Shown piece after piece: positions 47,755 through 57,300 of a stretch of DNA of 64,000 nucleotides (positions within the stretch are counted from its first letter, which is position 1; each line of letters opens with the position of its first letter). This DNA comes from an uncultured Acidobacteriaceae bacterium (GTDB taxonomy: Bacteria; Acidobacteriota; Terriglobia; Terriglobales; Acidobacteriaceae): the NCBI GenBank assembly GCA_963832235.1, contig CAWHTJ010000001.1:159870-223869 (forward strand). Direction: 5' to 3'. The notes beneath the pieces are model-generated. The model was not told the DNA's origin and ran no database searches. It was given only the letters and a program-made list of their open reading frames with translations. The translations under genes were made by a program, and so were the position numbers.

Positions 47755-48213
47755 ATGACCACTCCTCCAGTTGGAATTGAGCGCCGTGTCGGGCAGCGAT
47801 TTCCTTACCTACTTCCGCTCTCTCTCCGCCAACCCGCAGTCTCCCTGGAAGGAGTCGGATTTACGCAGGACCTTAGCTCGCGCGGCGTCTTCTTCTTCAC
47901 CGACGCTCCGCTCACCGAAGGCGCCGAAATCGAAATCACACTCCGGATGCCGTCCGAGATCACTCTCGGCGAGAACATGCCCGTGCGCTGCCGCGGCCGG
48001 ATTTTGCGAGTGACCCGCCCGGCCGCAACATCGACTTCAGATTCTTCTCGCGCCGAAGCTAAAATTGGCGTCGCGGTTCGCCTCGAGTGCTACGAATACC
48101 TTCCGGAGTCCTCTCAGTCTTCCGCCACTTTCCCCCGGGTCTCAAGCCTTCATCAGCATCGCGACGAAGACCAGCCGGCGGCTCAATCCACCGCTCGTCC
48201 CGTTCTGGGCTGA
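47755..48213 (+). CDS. PilZ domain protein (putative c-di-GMP receptor)
   Basis: RRVGQR (RxxxR) and DLSSRG (DxSxxG) motifs at the expected spacing. Confidence 0.75.
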   Translation: MTTPPVGIERRVGQRFPYLLPLSLRQPAVSLEGVGFTQDLSSRGVFFFTDAPLTEGAEIEITLRMPSEITLGENMPVRCRGRILRVTRPAATSTSDSSRAEAKIGVAVRLECYEYLPESSQSSATFPRVSSLHQHRDEDQPAAQSTARPVLG

Positions 48214-48484
48214 ACCTTTTGGATACCGAAGCGGTTCCGCTGCAGCAAGCCTTCCGCTATTCCCTGGGACGACTTAACTATTTTTCTCCGCTCCAAAGGT
48301 ATCTTTTCAACCTCGCGCTCTTGGCTTACAATACTCGCAATAAGGGGCTAGCAGCCCCATTTTCCTATTTGTGCATTTCCTCCCAGACTTTCATCATGGG
48401 TTTGCGTTGCCTTAGCTTTCGCGCAGATGGCTTGCCTGTTCGATTACCTAGGTCACTTGGCGGAGAGTAGATTCTCTTTCTAAC

Positions 48485-49750
48485 ATGCAGACACCGAGAG
48501 AAATCAGCGAGAACCGCGCTATGCATGGTATCGCCGTCGCCCTCCTCACCGAGGACCGGGATCACTTATCCGCACTGGAAAGTCGTCTTGAGGAGACGCG
48601 CCTGGGAAAGGCTATTTTTGCACATGTGGGGTTTCCCGCCGCACCGACCGACGCGATTCTCCGTCAATTGCAGGATTCACGCGCGGAAGTCGTCATCGTC
48701 GACATACCGGCGCAGGATCCCCAGCGCGCCATCCATACCATCGAACTGATTCGCGCTACCACTCAGCAGATTGCCATCTTCGCGAACGGCGACATGACCC
48801 GACCCGCCAGCATCATTGCCAGCATGCGCGCGGGCGCTGGCGAGTATCTCGATCACTCCGCTGGTTCCGAGCCCTTACTCGAAGCTCTAACCCGCTTCAG
48901 TTCGTCACGCACCCGCAGTCTCGGGGGCGCAGGCAAAGCCCGGGTATTTACTTTCCTCGGCGCCAAGGGAGGCGCCGGATGCACCACCGCCGCGGTCAAT
49001 ACCGCGGTCGCGCTGCAACAGTCTCATGGAGATGTAGTTCTCATCGACTTCGCTCCCATCGGTCACGCCGCTCTTCATCTCAACTTGCGGCCCCAATTCG
49101 GCGTGCTCGACGCTCTGCAGAATCTCCATCGCCTGGACGGCTCCTTGCTCGATGGACTCATGACCCTGACCGAAGAGGGCTTGCATCTTCTGGCAGGACC
49201 GCAACAGCCCTATCCCAACGAGCCCACGCCGGGCGAGTTGGCCCGGCTGTTTGATCTGCTGGTCAATCACTATCGCTTCGTCATCGTCGACGCTTCCAAT
49301 CGCCTCGACCCCACCACGCATCTGCTCTCCGATCTTTCCAACGCCGTGCTCCTGGTCGCGCAGACCGATGTGGTTTCTCTTTGGAGCGCAGCGCGCATTC
49401 ACACCTTCCTCGAAGAAGGCACCGGCCGCGACCGTCTGCGCATAGTGTTGAATCGCTACAAGAAGATCCCCGGCTTCAGCGAGTCCGATGTCGAGCAAGC
49501 GACCAACTGCAAAGTTCTGTGGAAGGTTCCCAATGCCTTTCAGGCGGTTTCGCCCGCCATCGACCACGGCACCCCGGTGGTCCTGCAGGATGGTCCCGAG
49601 ATCAGCCGCTCGTATCGCGCCCTCGCTGCGACCCTGGCCGAAGCGTCCTCGAAGTCCGATGGAGGCCCCGACTTGGTCTACGGTCAAGATGGCGCACCCA
49701 AGAAAGCCTCCGGCCGCCTGAATCTCTCCCCGCTTCGCGCTGGACAATAA
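48485..49750 (+). CDS. CpaE/TadZ-like protein (pseudo-receiver plus MinD/ParA-type ATPase)
   Basis: N-terminal REC-like domain (VVIVDIPAQDP) and deviant Walker A FLGAKGGAGCTT. Alternative start at 48521. Confidence 0.7.
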   Translation: MQTPREISENRAMHGIAVALLTEDRDHLSALESRLEETRLGKAIFAHVGFPAAPTDAILRQLQDSRAEVVIVDIPAQDPQRAIHTIELIRATTQQIAIFANGDMTRPASIIASMRAGAGEYLDHSAGSEPLLEALTRFSSSRTRSLGGAGKARVFTFLGAKGGAGCTTAAVNTAVALQQSHGDVVLIDFAPIGHAALHLNLRPQFGVLDALQNLHRLDGSLLDGLMTLTEEGLHLLAGPQQPYPNEPTPGELARLFDLLVNHYRFVIVDASNRLDPTTHLLSDLSNAVLLVAQTDVVSLWSAARIHTFLEEGTGRDRLRIVLNRYKKIPGFSESDVEQATNCKVLWKVPNAFQAVSPAIDHGTPVVLQDGPEISRSYRALAATLAEASSKSDGGPDLVYGQDGAPKKASGRLNLSPLRAGQ

Positions 49751-49760
49751 TCAATTTTAG

Positions 49761-49878
49761 GAAGGGCACGCCTTCAGAGGTTGCAGAGAAAGCCAGAGAA
49801 GCGTCCTTCGCCGTGGAAGAACCGCCCTTTCAGGGCCGCGTAAAGTGGTTAAAATCAGCCCGGGCTTTATATCCGCTG
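49761..49878 (+). repeat. ~135-bp intergenic repeat (family 4), diverged copy
   Basis: GAAGGGCACGCC...GCGTCCTTCGCCGTGGAAGAACCGCCCTTTCAGGGCCGCGTAAAG...CCCGGGCTTTATATCCGCTG. Confidence 0.7.
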
Positions 49879-49908
49879 AGAAAGTCAATGGCGGGCTGCA
49901 CGCGCGCC

Positions 49909-50454
49909 CTACTTCCGAACCGCCTGTCGCGGCACCGCATCCTGCGGAAACATCTTGAACACCACTTCCCGCGAATGCGGCGTCACTTTCTTGTTTACGT
50001 CGCTGGCGTTTTCCGTCAGCGTACCCTTGAGCACGAAATACCCCTCATCCCCCGGATTCTTCCCGTCGCCGCGCTCCACCGTTCCCTTAAAGTCGAAAGC
50101 AATCCCGTGAACAACCTCCGTCGTAAAGCTCAACTTGTTCGCTTCCATCTTCCCGCTCTTGAAGAACTGATCCAGGAACGCCCCCTTGTCGCTCTCCCCA
50201 TCGCCGAATCGCGAAACGAATCCCGAGACATGTCCCGCTTCTTCCACCGTCACCTGCACAAATTCCCCTTCCTTCAAGAACGAATACATCCCCGAAAATT
50301 CCTGCCCACTCTTCCCATCTGGAGCCCGCGCCGCGGCCGTGGCTCCTGACTTCGTGTCAGCCTTCGCCCCCTGTGCCAACAGTTCCTCCGAAGAACCCAG
50401 CAGTCCCCAGGCAAGTATTAGCGGAGCCATAATAATGAAATAGTTTTTTTTCAT
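49909..50454 (-). CDS. Hypothetical secreted protein
   Basis: MKKNYFIIMAPLILAWGLLG signal peptide. No family recognised. Confidence 0.55.
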   Translation of the reverse strand: MKKNYFIIMAPLILAWGLLGSSEELLAQGAKADTKSGATAAARAPDGKSGQEFSGMYSFLKEGEFVQVTVEEAGHVSGFVSRFGDGESDKGAFLDQFFKSGKMEANKLSFTTEVVHGIAFDFKGTVERGDGKNPGDEGYFVLKGTLTENASDVNKKVTPHSREVVFKMFPQDAVPRQAVRK

Positions 50455-50605
50455 TGACACCGTCCCCGCTCAATCGTACTCCAAGTCGCCATTCAAAGAG
50501 CAAACCGCAGCGCCGTCCTTGTCGTGGGGGCGTCCCAAATTAAAAAGCTCCAGCCCCTCCGGCTGAAGCTTCGAATCCGATGCCACAACGCCTTATTTCT
50601 ACCCA

Positions 50606-51136
50606 TCACTTCCCCTTGGTCGCCTTACCGTCCATCACCGTCGTCCACTTCGTCCCATCTTGCGACATTTCGTATGTGAAGTTGTACGACGTGGGCGAAG
50701 CGATCTTCATCGTGAACCGCCCTTTCATAATCATCCCGTTCATCTTGTCGTCGCCGGTCCAAATCCAGGTGTCGCCGTCAACGGAACCCTTCGACTCCAT
50801 GAACTCTCCCAGACTGTTGAACTCACGATACGTGTATGCCTTGTCACCGCCGGAATATCCAAAGATCGAAACCCCAGAGACATCACCCATCGAGCTCTTA
50901 AAGTCCGCGTGGCAAAGAAGGAAGAAGCCTCCTTCCATCCACTCGCACTTTTCGTTCTCCGAGATCTTCCCGCCCGGCCCCATCGCGCTGGGCTTCATGT
51001 CCCCCTCCAGCGTCCACGCCCCCACGAACATGTCGAGCTTCTTTTGCTCCGGCCCCGGCTTCGGCAACTCCATCTGCGCCACCGCCGCTCCCGCCAATAG
51101 CAGACACGCCGCAAAAATCATTCCTGTGTTTTTCAT
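50606..51136 (-). CDS. Secreted DUF1579-like protein
   Basis: Signal peptide MKNTGMIFAACLLLAGAAVA. FVGAWTLEGDM...EWMEGGFFL...FGYSGGDKAYTYREF pattern. Confidence 0.5.
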   Translation of the reverse strand: MKNTGMIFAACLLLAGAAVAQMELPKPGPEQKKLDMFVGAWTLEGDMKPSAMGPGGKISENEKCEWMEGGFFLLCHADFKSSMGDVSGVSIFGYSGGDKAYTYREFNSLGEFMESKGSVDGDTWIWTGDDKMNGMIMKGRFTMKIASPTSYNFTYEMSQDGTKWTTVMDGKATKGK

Positions 51137-51248
51137 CGCATGCCTCGTGAGATTGAATCGCTGTTTGCCGTTGAACAGCAACCGCGGCTGCGGCGAAATA
51201 GTAGTCTCACTCCGAGAGCACCGTCAACCACGTTCTCCCAGTTTTCAA

Positions 51249-51279
51249 ATCAACAATCAACAATCAACAATCAACAATC
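51249..51279. repeat. Heptanucleotide microsatellite (ATCAACA)x4.4
   Basis: Four perfect 7-bp units starting at the stop codon of the 51271-51756 gene. Reads TTGTTGA on the coding strand. Confidence 0.9.
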
Positions 51280-51756
51280 GCTCTGCCAGTCTCCCCAATG
51301 CGACGCGGTCATCTGTTGAAACTTCATCTTCCACGCGTCCCCTTGCTTCACCCAAACCGTGCTGAAGTGCTGATACCGCGGCGGCGGCCCTTGATCCTGC
51401 GCTGGCGGAACGCGCAGCACCACATCGTAAGTCACAATCGCCACACCTTCTGCTGCCATCACCACCTTCATATCGTACGGCTGCAGATTAAGCCCACCCT
51501 CTGCAAACTGGTCCAACATGTCCTGCCGGGTATACAACTGCCCGTCGAACGCCACAAAAGAAAAGTCGTCGGTCAGCGTGCGCTTGAAAAAAGCCGCGTC
51601 GCCCTTCTTAGCTGCGTCCACAAAACTCATCTCTGCGCTCATCAGCTGCTGCTCCAAGGGACTCAAAGCCTTCGCCGGCGCATTCGCCTGTCCAGCCCCT
51701 ATCACCGGCAACACGCAACAGAGCAGAATCATGAACCCCACGAAACCGTATTTCAT
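51271..51756 (-). CDS. NTF2-like (DUF4440/SnoaL-like) secreted protein
   Basis: Signal peptide. DAAKKGDAAFFKRTLTDDFSFV...STVWVKQGDAWKM, typical DUF4440 pattern. Confidence 0.55.
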   Translation of the reverse strand: MKYGFVGFMILLCCVLPVIGAGQANAPAKALSPLEQQLMSAEMSFVDAAKKGDAAFFKRTLTDDFSFVAFDGQLYTRQDMLDQFAEGGLNLQPYDMKVVMAAEGVAIVTYDVVLRVPPAQDQGPPPRYQHFSTVWVKQGDAWKMKFQQMTASHWGDWQSDC

Positions 51757-51811
51757 TCCGTCTCCCTTACAACGTTGTCAGCCCAAGGAGCGAAGCGCTC
51801 CATACAATGTT

Positions 51812-51842
51812 GTCATTCCGAGAAGCGAAGCGACGAGGAACC
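51812..51842 (+). repeat. Short GTCATTCCGAG-headed repeat unit
   Basis: GTCATTCCGAGAAGCGAAGCGACGAGGAACC, just 3' of hisS. Confidence 0.55.
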
Positions 51843-51864
51843 TGCTGTTCTCCCACCACGGAGA

Positions 51865-53151
51865 TCACAGCCGTCCCCCTTCCTGAATCCTTCGGGGCAA
51901 TTCCCCGCGCGCCACCGAAACCTGCTCCCCCGTCGCCAGATTCTTCAAGGAGAACGCATCCGCCTTCACTTCATTCTCACCCACGATAAGAATGTACTTC
52001 GCTCCCGCCTTCGTCGCCGCCTCAAACGATTTCTTCAATCGAAATCCCTCATCTCCCAACTCGACCACCACATCATGCCGCCGCAATTCCCGCGCCAGCC
52101 GCGCCGCCTCGCCATTCATCCCCGCCCCGAGAGGCGCAATGTAAACATCCGGCTTGCGCAACACACCCTCGGCCGTCTCTTTCAAAGACATCACTAACCG
52201 GTCTTCGCCAATCGCAAACCCAATCCCCGGAGCTGCCGGCCCGCCGAGCGCCTCCGATAATCCGTCATACCGCCCACCGCCTAGAATTGCGTTCTGCGCC
52301 CCCAACGCCCCGTGCGTAAACTCGAACGCCGTCCGCGTGTAATAGTCGAGCCCGCGCACCAACCGGTCGTTTATATGAAACTCGACACCCACAGCGCGCA
52401 GAATTTCCTGCACCGCATCGAAGTGCTTGCGGGAATCCTCGCCGAGAAACTGGGTAATGCGGGGCAGCGTGTCGATGATCGGCTGATCCTCCGGCACCTT
52501 GCAGTCAAACACGCGCAGCGGATTCGTCACCGCCCGCCGCTTGCAGTCATCGCACATCTGCCCCACGACCGGTTCCAGCGCCTTGCGCAGCGCCTCATTG
52601 AACTTAGTGCGGTCGGCAGGGGTGCCGACAGAATTCAACTCCAGCTTCCAATCGCTGATGCCGATCCGGTCCAGCAATGTCGCCAGCATCTCCAGCACTT
52701 CCGCATCCCGCGCCGGAGACTCGCTCCCCGCCGACGCCGGCCCAATCACTTCCGCCCCAATCTGATAAAACTGCCGATACCGTCCCTTCTGCGGCCGCTC
52801 CCGCCGAAACTGCGGCCCAATGTAGTACAGCTTGTTCAGTCCGCGATCCCACAGCTTGTGTTCGATATAAGCCCGCACTACGCCAGCAGTATTTTCAGGA
52901 CGCAGCGTGAGCGACTGCCCCTTCTCGCTAGCCGCCCGGGGCCGATCTTCCCACGTGTACATTTCCTTGGCGACAATATCCGTCTCTTCGCCCACCCCGC
53001 GCGCAAACAACTCGGTCGCCTCGAAAATCGGCGTGCGAATCTCCTGGAAGTTGTAAGCGCGAAACAGATCCCGCACCGTTGCCTCCACAAAATTCCACAG
53101 CGCCGTCTCCGGCGGCAGCAAATCCCGCGTCCCTCGCACCGCATTTATCAT
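51865..53151 (-). CDS. hisS: Histidine--tRNA ligase
   Basis: MINAVRGTRDLLPPE...FRRERPQKGRYRQFYQ (class II motif 2)...GGGRYDGL motif 3. Confidence 0.95.
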   Translation of the reverse strand: MINAVRGTRDLLPPETALWNFVEATVRDLFRAYNFQEIRTPIFEATELFARGVGEETDIVAKEMYTWEDRPRAASEKGQSLTLRPENTAGVVRAYIEHKLWDRGLNKLYYIGPQFRRERPQKGRYRQFYQIGAEVIGPASAGSESPARDAEVLEMLATLLDRIGISDWKLELNSVGTPADRTKFNEALRKALEPVVGQMCDDCKRRAVTNPLRVFDCKVPEDQPIIDTLPRITQFLGEDSRKHFDAVQEILRAVGVEFHINDRLVRGLDYYTRTAFEFTHGALGAQNAILGGGRYDGLSEALGGPAAPGIGFAIGEDRLVMSLKETAEGVLRKPDVYIAPLGAGMNGEAARLARELRRHDVVVELGDEGFRLKKSFEAATKAGAKYILIVGENEVKADAFSLKNLATGEQVSVARGELPRRIQEGGRL

Positions 53152-53201
53152 TCCGCTCCCGTCTTCATCTTTATATAAGAATTGTCATCCTATTAAGGAT
53201 T

Positions 53202-53438
53202 GTCATCCTGAGCGAGGATGGATCTTTGCGCCCCAGCGCAAAGATCAACCGCAGTCGAAGGATTCCTACGTTTCACCCCGTGCCACAAACCCATCAGGAA
53301 GTTCTCTCGTCAAATTCGGATGATCGAATGCAGAGTGAGAATGCCTTGACACACCTGATGAGGCACTCGAGCGTCAGGGATCCTTCGACTTCGAAAACCG
53401 ATTCGCAGAGCGAATCGGTTACCTCCGCTCAGGATGAC
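53202..53438. repeat. MITE-like composite of two inverted GTCATCCTGAGCG-headed units, copy 2
   Basis: GTCATCCTGAGCGAGG-GATCTTTGCGCCCCAGCGCAAAGATC-...GCAGTCGAAGGATTCC ... GGGATCCTTCGAC...CGCTCAGGATGAC. An extra partial head lies at 53184-53190. Confidence 0.7.
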
Positions 53439-53465
53439 AACTCCCTGAATTCGATACGACAACGT

Positions 53466-53978
53466 CTATCTCTCCCGCAAATACTCATCCTTATACTCAA
53501 GATAATTCTTCGCATACCGCATGATCGTCTCCTGATCCTCCGCCTCCAACTTCCGCCGGAACTTCCCCGGAGATCCCATCCACAACGACCCTGGCTCAAC
53601 CACCGTCTTCTCCGGAATCAGCGTCCCCGCCGCGATAATCGACCCCGCCCCAATACGCGCCCCATTCAAGATAATCGTCCCCATTCCAATCAAACACCGA
53701 TCCTCAATCACACATCCATGCAGCGTCACCGAATGCCCCACCGTCACATACTCGCCTAGGTAAACGCCCCACTGCTGCTTCATCCCATGCAGCACGCTGT
53801 TGTCCTGCACATTGGAGTGAGCCCCGATCCGTATTTCATGGACATCCCCGCGGACCACCGCATTCATCCATACCGAGGCGTGCTCGCCCAGCACCACGTC
53901 GCCGATAATCTGCGCCGACTCGTCGACATAACATGTCGCCGGAATCGTCGGTCGCACACCTTTATATGAACGAATCAT
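53466..53978 (-). CDS. Gamma-carbonic-anhydrase-like hexapeptide-repeat protein
   Basis: MIRSYKGVRPTIPATCYVDESAQIIGDVVLGEHASVWMNAVVRGD..., canonical gamma-CA/YrdA pattern. Confidence 0.85.
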   Translation of the reverse strand: MIRSYKGVRPTIPATCYVDESAQIIGDVVLGEHASVWMNAVVRGDVHEIRIGAHSNVQDNSVLHGMKQQWGVYLGEYVTVGHSVTLHGCVIEDRCLIGMGTIILNGARIGAGSIIAAGTLIPEKTVVEPGSLWMGSPGKFRRKLEAEDQETIMRYAKNYLEYKDEYLRER

Positions 53979-54013
53979 AGTTTGGGAAACTGAAAGTACC
54001 ATGAGTGAGCCCC

Positions 54014-54043
54014 GTAGGGACAGCCACCACACCTCGGCTGTCC
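54014..54043 (+). repeat. REP family 2 hairpin
   Basis: GTAGGGACAGCCACCACACCTCGGCTGTCC. Confidence 0.7.
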
Positions 54044-54241
54044 GGTCAAGCGCAGCTCGACCAACGTTCGTGACTGATCGCCTTAGTGTCCCTCTGTGAC
54101 CTCTGTGGTTAAAGTCTTCCATTCCCACTCCGGGAACGATCCCTAAATAGTTCGGCTCACGTCACACAACTTTCCGCCCCTGGCATGCTATACAAATGTT
54201 GGTTTCCGAATATTCCGAGGAGAAGCCTTCCGGCGCCGCCG

Positions 54242-54267
54242 CCTGGTTAACTAACCTGGTTAACTAA
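54242..54267 (+). repeat. 13-bp direct repeat CCTGGTTAACTAA x2
   Basis: Perfect tandem copies. A third GGTTAAC lies at 54319-54325. All are upstream of the 54376 receptor gene. Confidence 0.85.
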
Positions 54268-54375
54268 CAGGATGCGTTTTCCGGCACTTCTTCGCGGAGT
54301 TCCGCGCGCCTCGCGTCCGGTTAACGCGCGTAGGATCGTCCCTCCGAGTCGCAAAAAGTACTCAGAGGCGACCCT

Positions 54376-57300
54376 ATGTCTTCGACGCGCATTGCTGCTC
54401 TTCTTATCCTCTTTTTTCTGATCTCAGCGCTCGCCCCCGCCCAGGACGCCACCGGTGCAATCCGCGGCACCGTCCTCGACGCCACTGGCAGCCGCATCGC
54501 TCAAGCCTCAATTGTCATCGTAAACACCGCGACCGGCAGGCGCTACACTACGACCTGCGATGCCGAAGGCGCCTTCGCCCTCGACTTGCTCCCGCCCGGC
54601 GATTACTCCGCTCGCGTCGTAGCCCAAGGCATGTCTCCCCAAGTCACGCCCCAACTGCATGTCGATATCGGCGCCGCCGCCATCCTGGAATTCCATCTCA
54701 CCATTGCCGGCGCGCACGAAAATGTGACCGTCTCCGCCGCTCCCACTCTGGTCGAGACGCAACCCGCAGCCGTCTCCACGTTACTCGATGAGCGCGCCCT
54801 GAATGATTTTCCGCTGAACGGCCGCCGCTTCTCCGATCTCGCCCTGTTCTCCCCCGGCGTCACACAAGATCCCCGCAGCCTAACCTCCGCAAGTAACGGC
54901 GATCTCTCGTTCGGTGGCATGCGGGGATTCCAGACCACCACGCTGGTCGACGGCGGCGACTACAACAACGCCTTCTTCGCCCAGGCTCGCGGACGCTATC
55001 GTGCTCCCTTCCAGATCTCCACCGAGGTCGTGCAGGAATTCCGCGTCTCCACCAATTCTTACGGGGCTGAACAAGGCCGTTCCGCCGGAGCTGTCGTCAA
55101 CGTCGTCACTAAATCCGGCTCCAATCATGTTCATGGCACCGCCTTCTATCACCTGCGTGACAGTTCTTTCGGTGCCGCCGACGCTTTCCTGGCCTTCAAG
55201 CCGCACAATCGCCAGCAGCAGTTCGGAGGCACGATCGGCGGCCCCCTCAAGCGCAACAGAATTTTCTTCTTCGCCGGCTTCGACCAGCACATCTTTCACT
55301 CTCCCAGCATCGTCGAATTCCTCGACGGCACTTCGCAAGTCGTTCCCGCCGCTGGCACCGGACCTTACACCCCCGGAGACTACGAAGCCACCGATCAGGC
55401 ACTGGTCTTCGCCGCCGCCGCGCAACTCACTTCCCTCGCGGGAGAATATCCCGCCGCGCAAATCGGAAATTCGTCCTACGCCAAGCTCGACATCAATCTC
55501 ACGCCCCGCCATCAACTCGCGCTCCGCCTCAACACCACGCGTTACTGGGGAGCCAACAACGTCTTTCTCGATCCCGCCAGCCCCGTCACCTACGACTCCA
55601 TTAGCGACAATGGCCAGGAACTGGTTTCCACGGAAACCGGTTCGTTCTCCCTGACCTCTGGTTTCTCTCCCCGCTGGATCAGTCATCTCCGCGCCCAGTT
55701 CTCCCGCGACCGCCAGCAGTCCTACAGCAATACCAGCGACGTACTAATTAAGATTCCCAAGATTCTCGACGGCATCGGGCGCTCCAACCTTCTTCCCCGC
55801 CAGACTCGCGAACATCGTCTCCACCTCGCTGAAACCGTGAGTCACGAAGGCAGCCGCAACACCTGGAAGCTCGGCGGTGACGGCCTGCTCACCTGGATCT
55901 ACGACTTCTTTCCCAGCCAGCAGAGCGGCGAATATCTTTTCTATCCCATCAAGGTCAATCCCTTCACCTACGCGCCCATGGAGGCGGGCCTCCCATTGAG
56001 TCCACTGCGCGCCTATGCTCACGAAGTCCCAAAGTACTATCTGCAAAATTTCGGCAGCGCCGCCTCGCACCCCGACACCAGGGAATACGCCGCTTTCGCG
56101 CAAGACACCATCCGCGTCACCGACCATCTCGCCCTGAATCTCGGAGTCCGCTGGGACCTGCAAACTTTCTCGACCACCGGTCTCCTCTCCAACCCGCTGT
56201 TCCCGCCGTCCGGCAAAGTCCCATTCAAGCCCTATAATTTTGCCCCGCGCGCTGGACTCGCCTATTCCTTCGGCAAGGCCCGGCCCCTCGTCGTCCGCGC
56301 CGGATACGGCATCTTCTTCGTCCGCATTCCTCAGATCTACAACTCAGTCATCCAAACCGAAAACGGCATCACCGATGCAAGTCTCTTCCTCAACAACTCG
56401 AACTACTACGACCACCAGGTTTTCCCCACCTACCCAAATGCTTTAGTAAGTTGCCCGCTCTATTCGGCAGCCTGCGCCCTGCCCGCCGGATTCACCCAGG
56501 GCGTCACCAAACGCCTCTCCGCCTTCGCCCCCAACTTCGTCACCCCGCGGGTGCAGCAAGCCAGCCTCACGCTGGAAAAAGAAGTCGTCAGCCATACCAC
56601 CGTCGCATTGTCGCTGCTCAGCGTTCACGGCGAACATCTCATCCGCGCGCTCGATGTAAATCTCGCCCAGCCGACGGCTCTCACTTACCCCATCTTTGAT
56701 TCCACCGGATCGATCTTCCAGGGCGGCTACTACACCGTCGATTCCTTCGCCACTTGGCAATTCACCCGCTCGCTGACGTGCCCCTTCCCTCCCTGCATCA
56801 ATCCCCTGGGCCGCCCCATCGCGCAACTCGGCGCCATCAACGAGTTCCAAAGCGCTGCGTCCAGCTATTACAAAGGAGCCACGCTCTCCATCAATCGCCG
56901 CGTCTCTCGCGGGACTTATCTCCGCCTCTCCTACACCTACGCCCGCGCCATCGACGACGGTCAGGACGCCCTAGTCGCCGGCCAACCCGCCAGCGTCCAA
57001 AATTCCTACAACCCCAGCTCCGAACGCGGCCCGAGCGTCACCGATCAACGCCAGCGGTTGGTCGCCGCCATCTCCGCCGAACCTCATCCATTCCATCGCA
57101 CTCAGCCGCTTCTGGGCTACATCTTCAACGACTGGAGAATCTCCAGCGTGGTCAACTACGGCAGCGGACGCCCCTTCAGCGCAACCGTCGCCGGCGATCC
57201 CAACCAGGACGGCAATGACCTCAACGACCGCCTCCCCGGCTACCGCCGCAATGCCTTCACCGGCCCCAACTACGCCACCACCGACCTCCGCGTCACCAAA

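Noticed and set aside
54181-54200. Sigma-54-like TGGCAT element upstream of the TonB receptor
   Set aside because: The -12 element (TTGC) is missing at the required spacing, so only the GG half matches.
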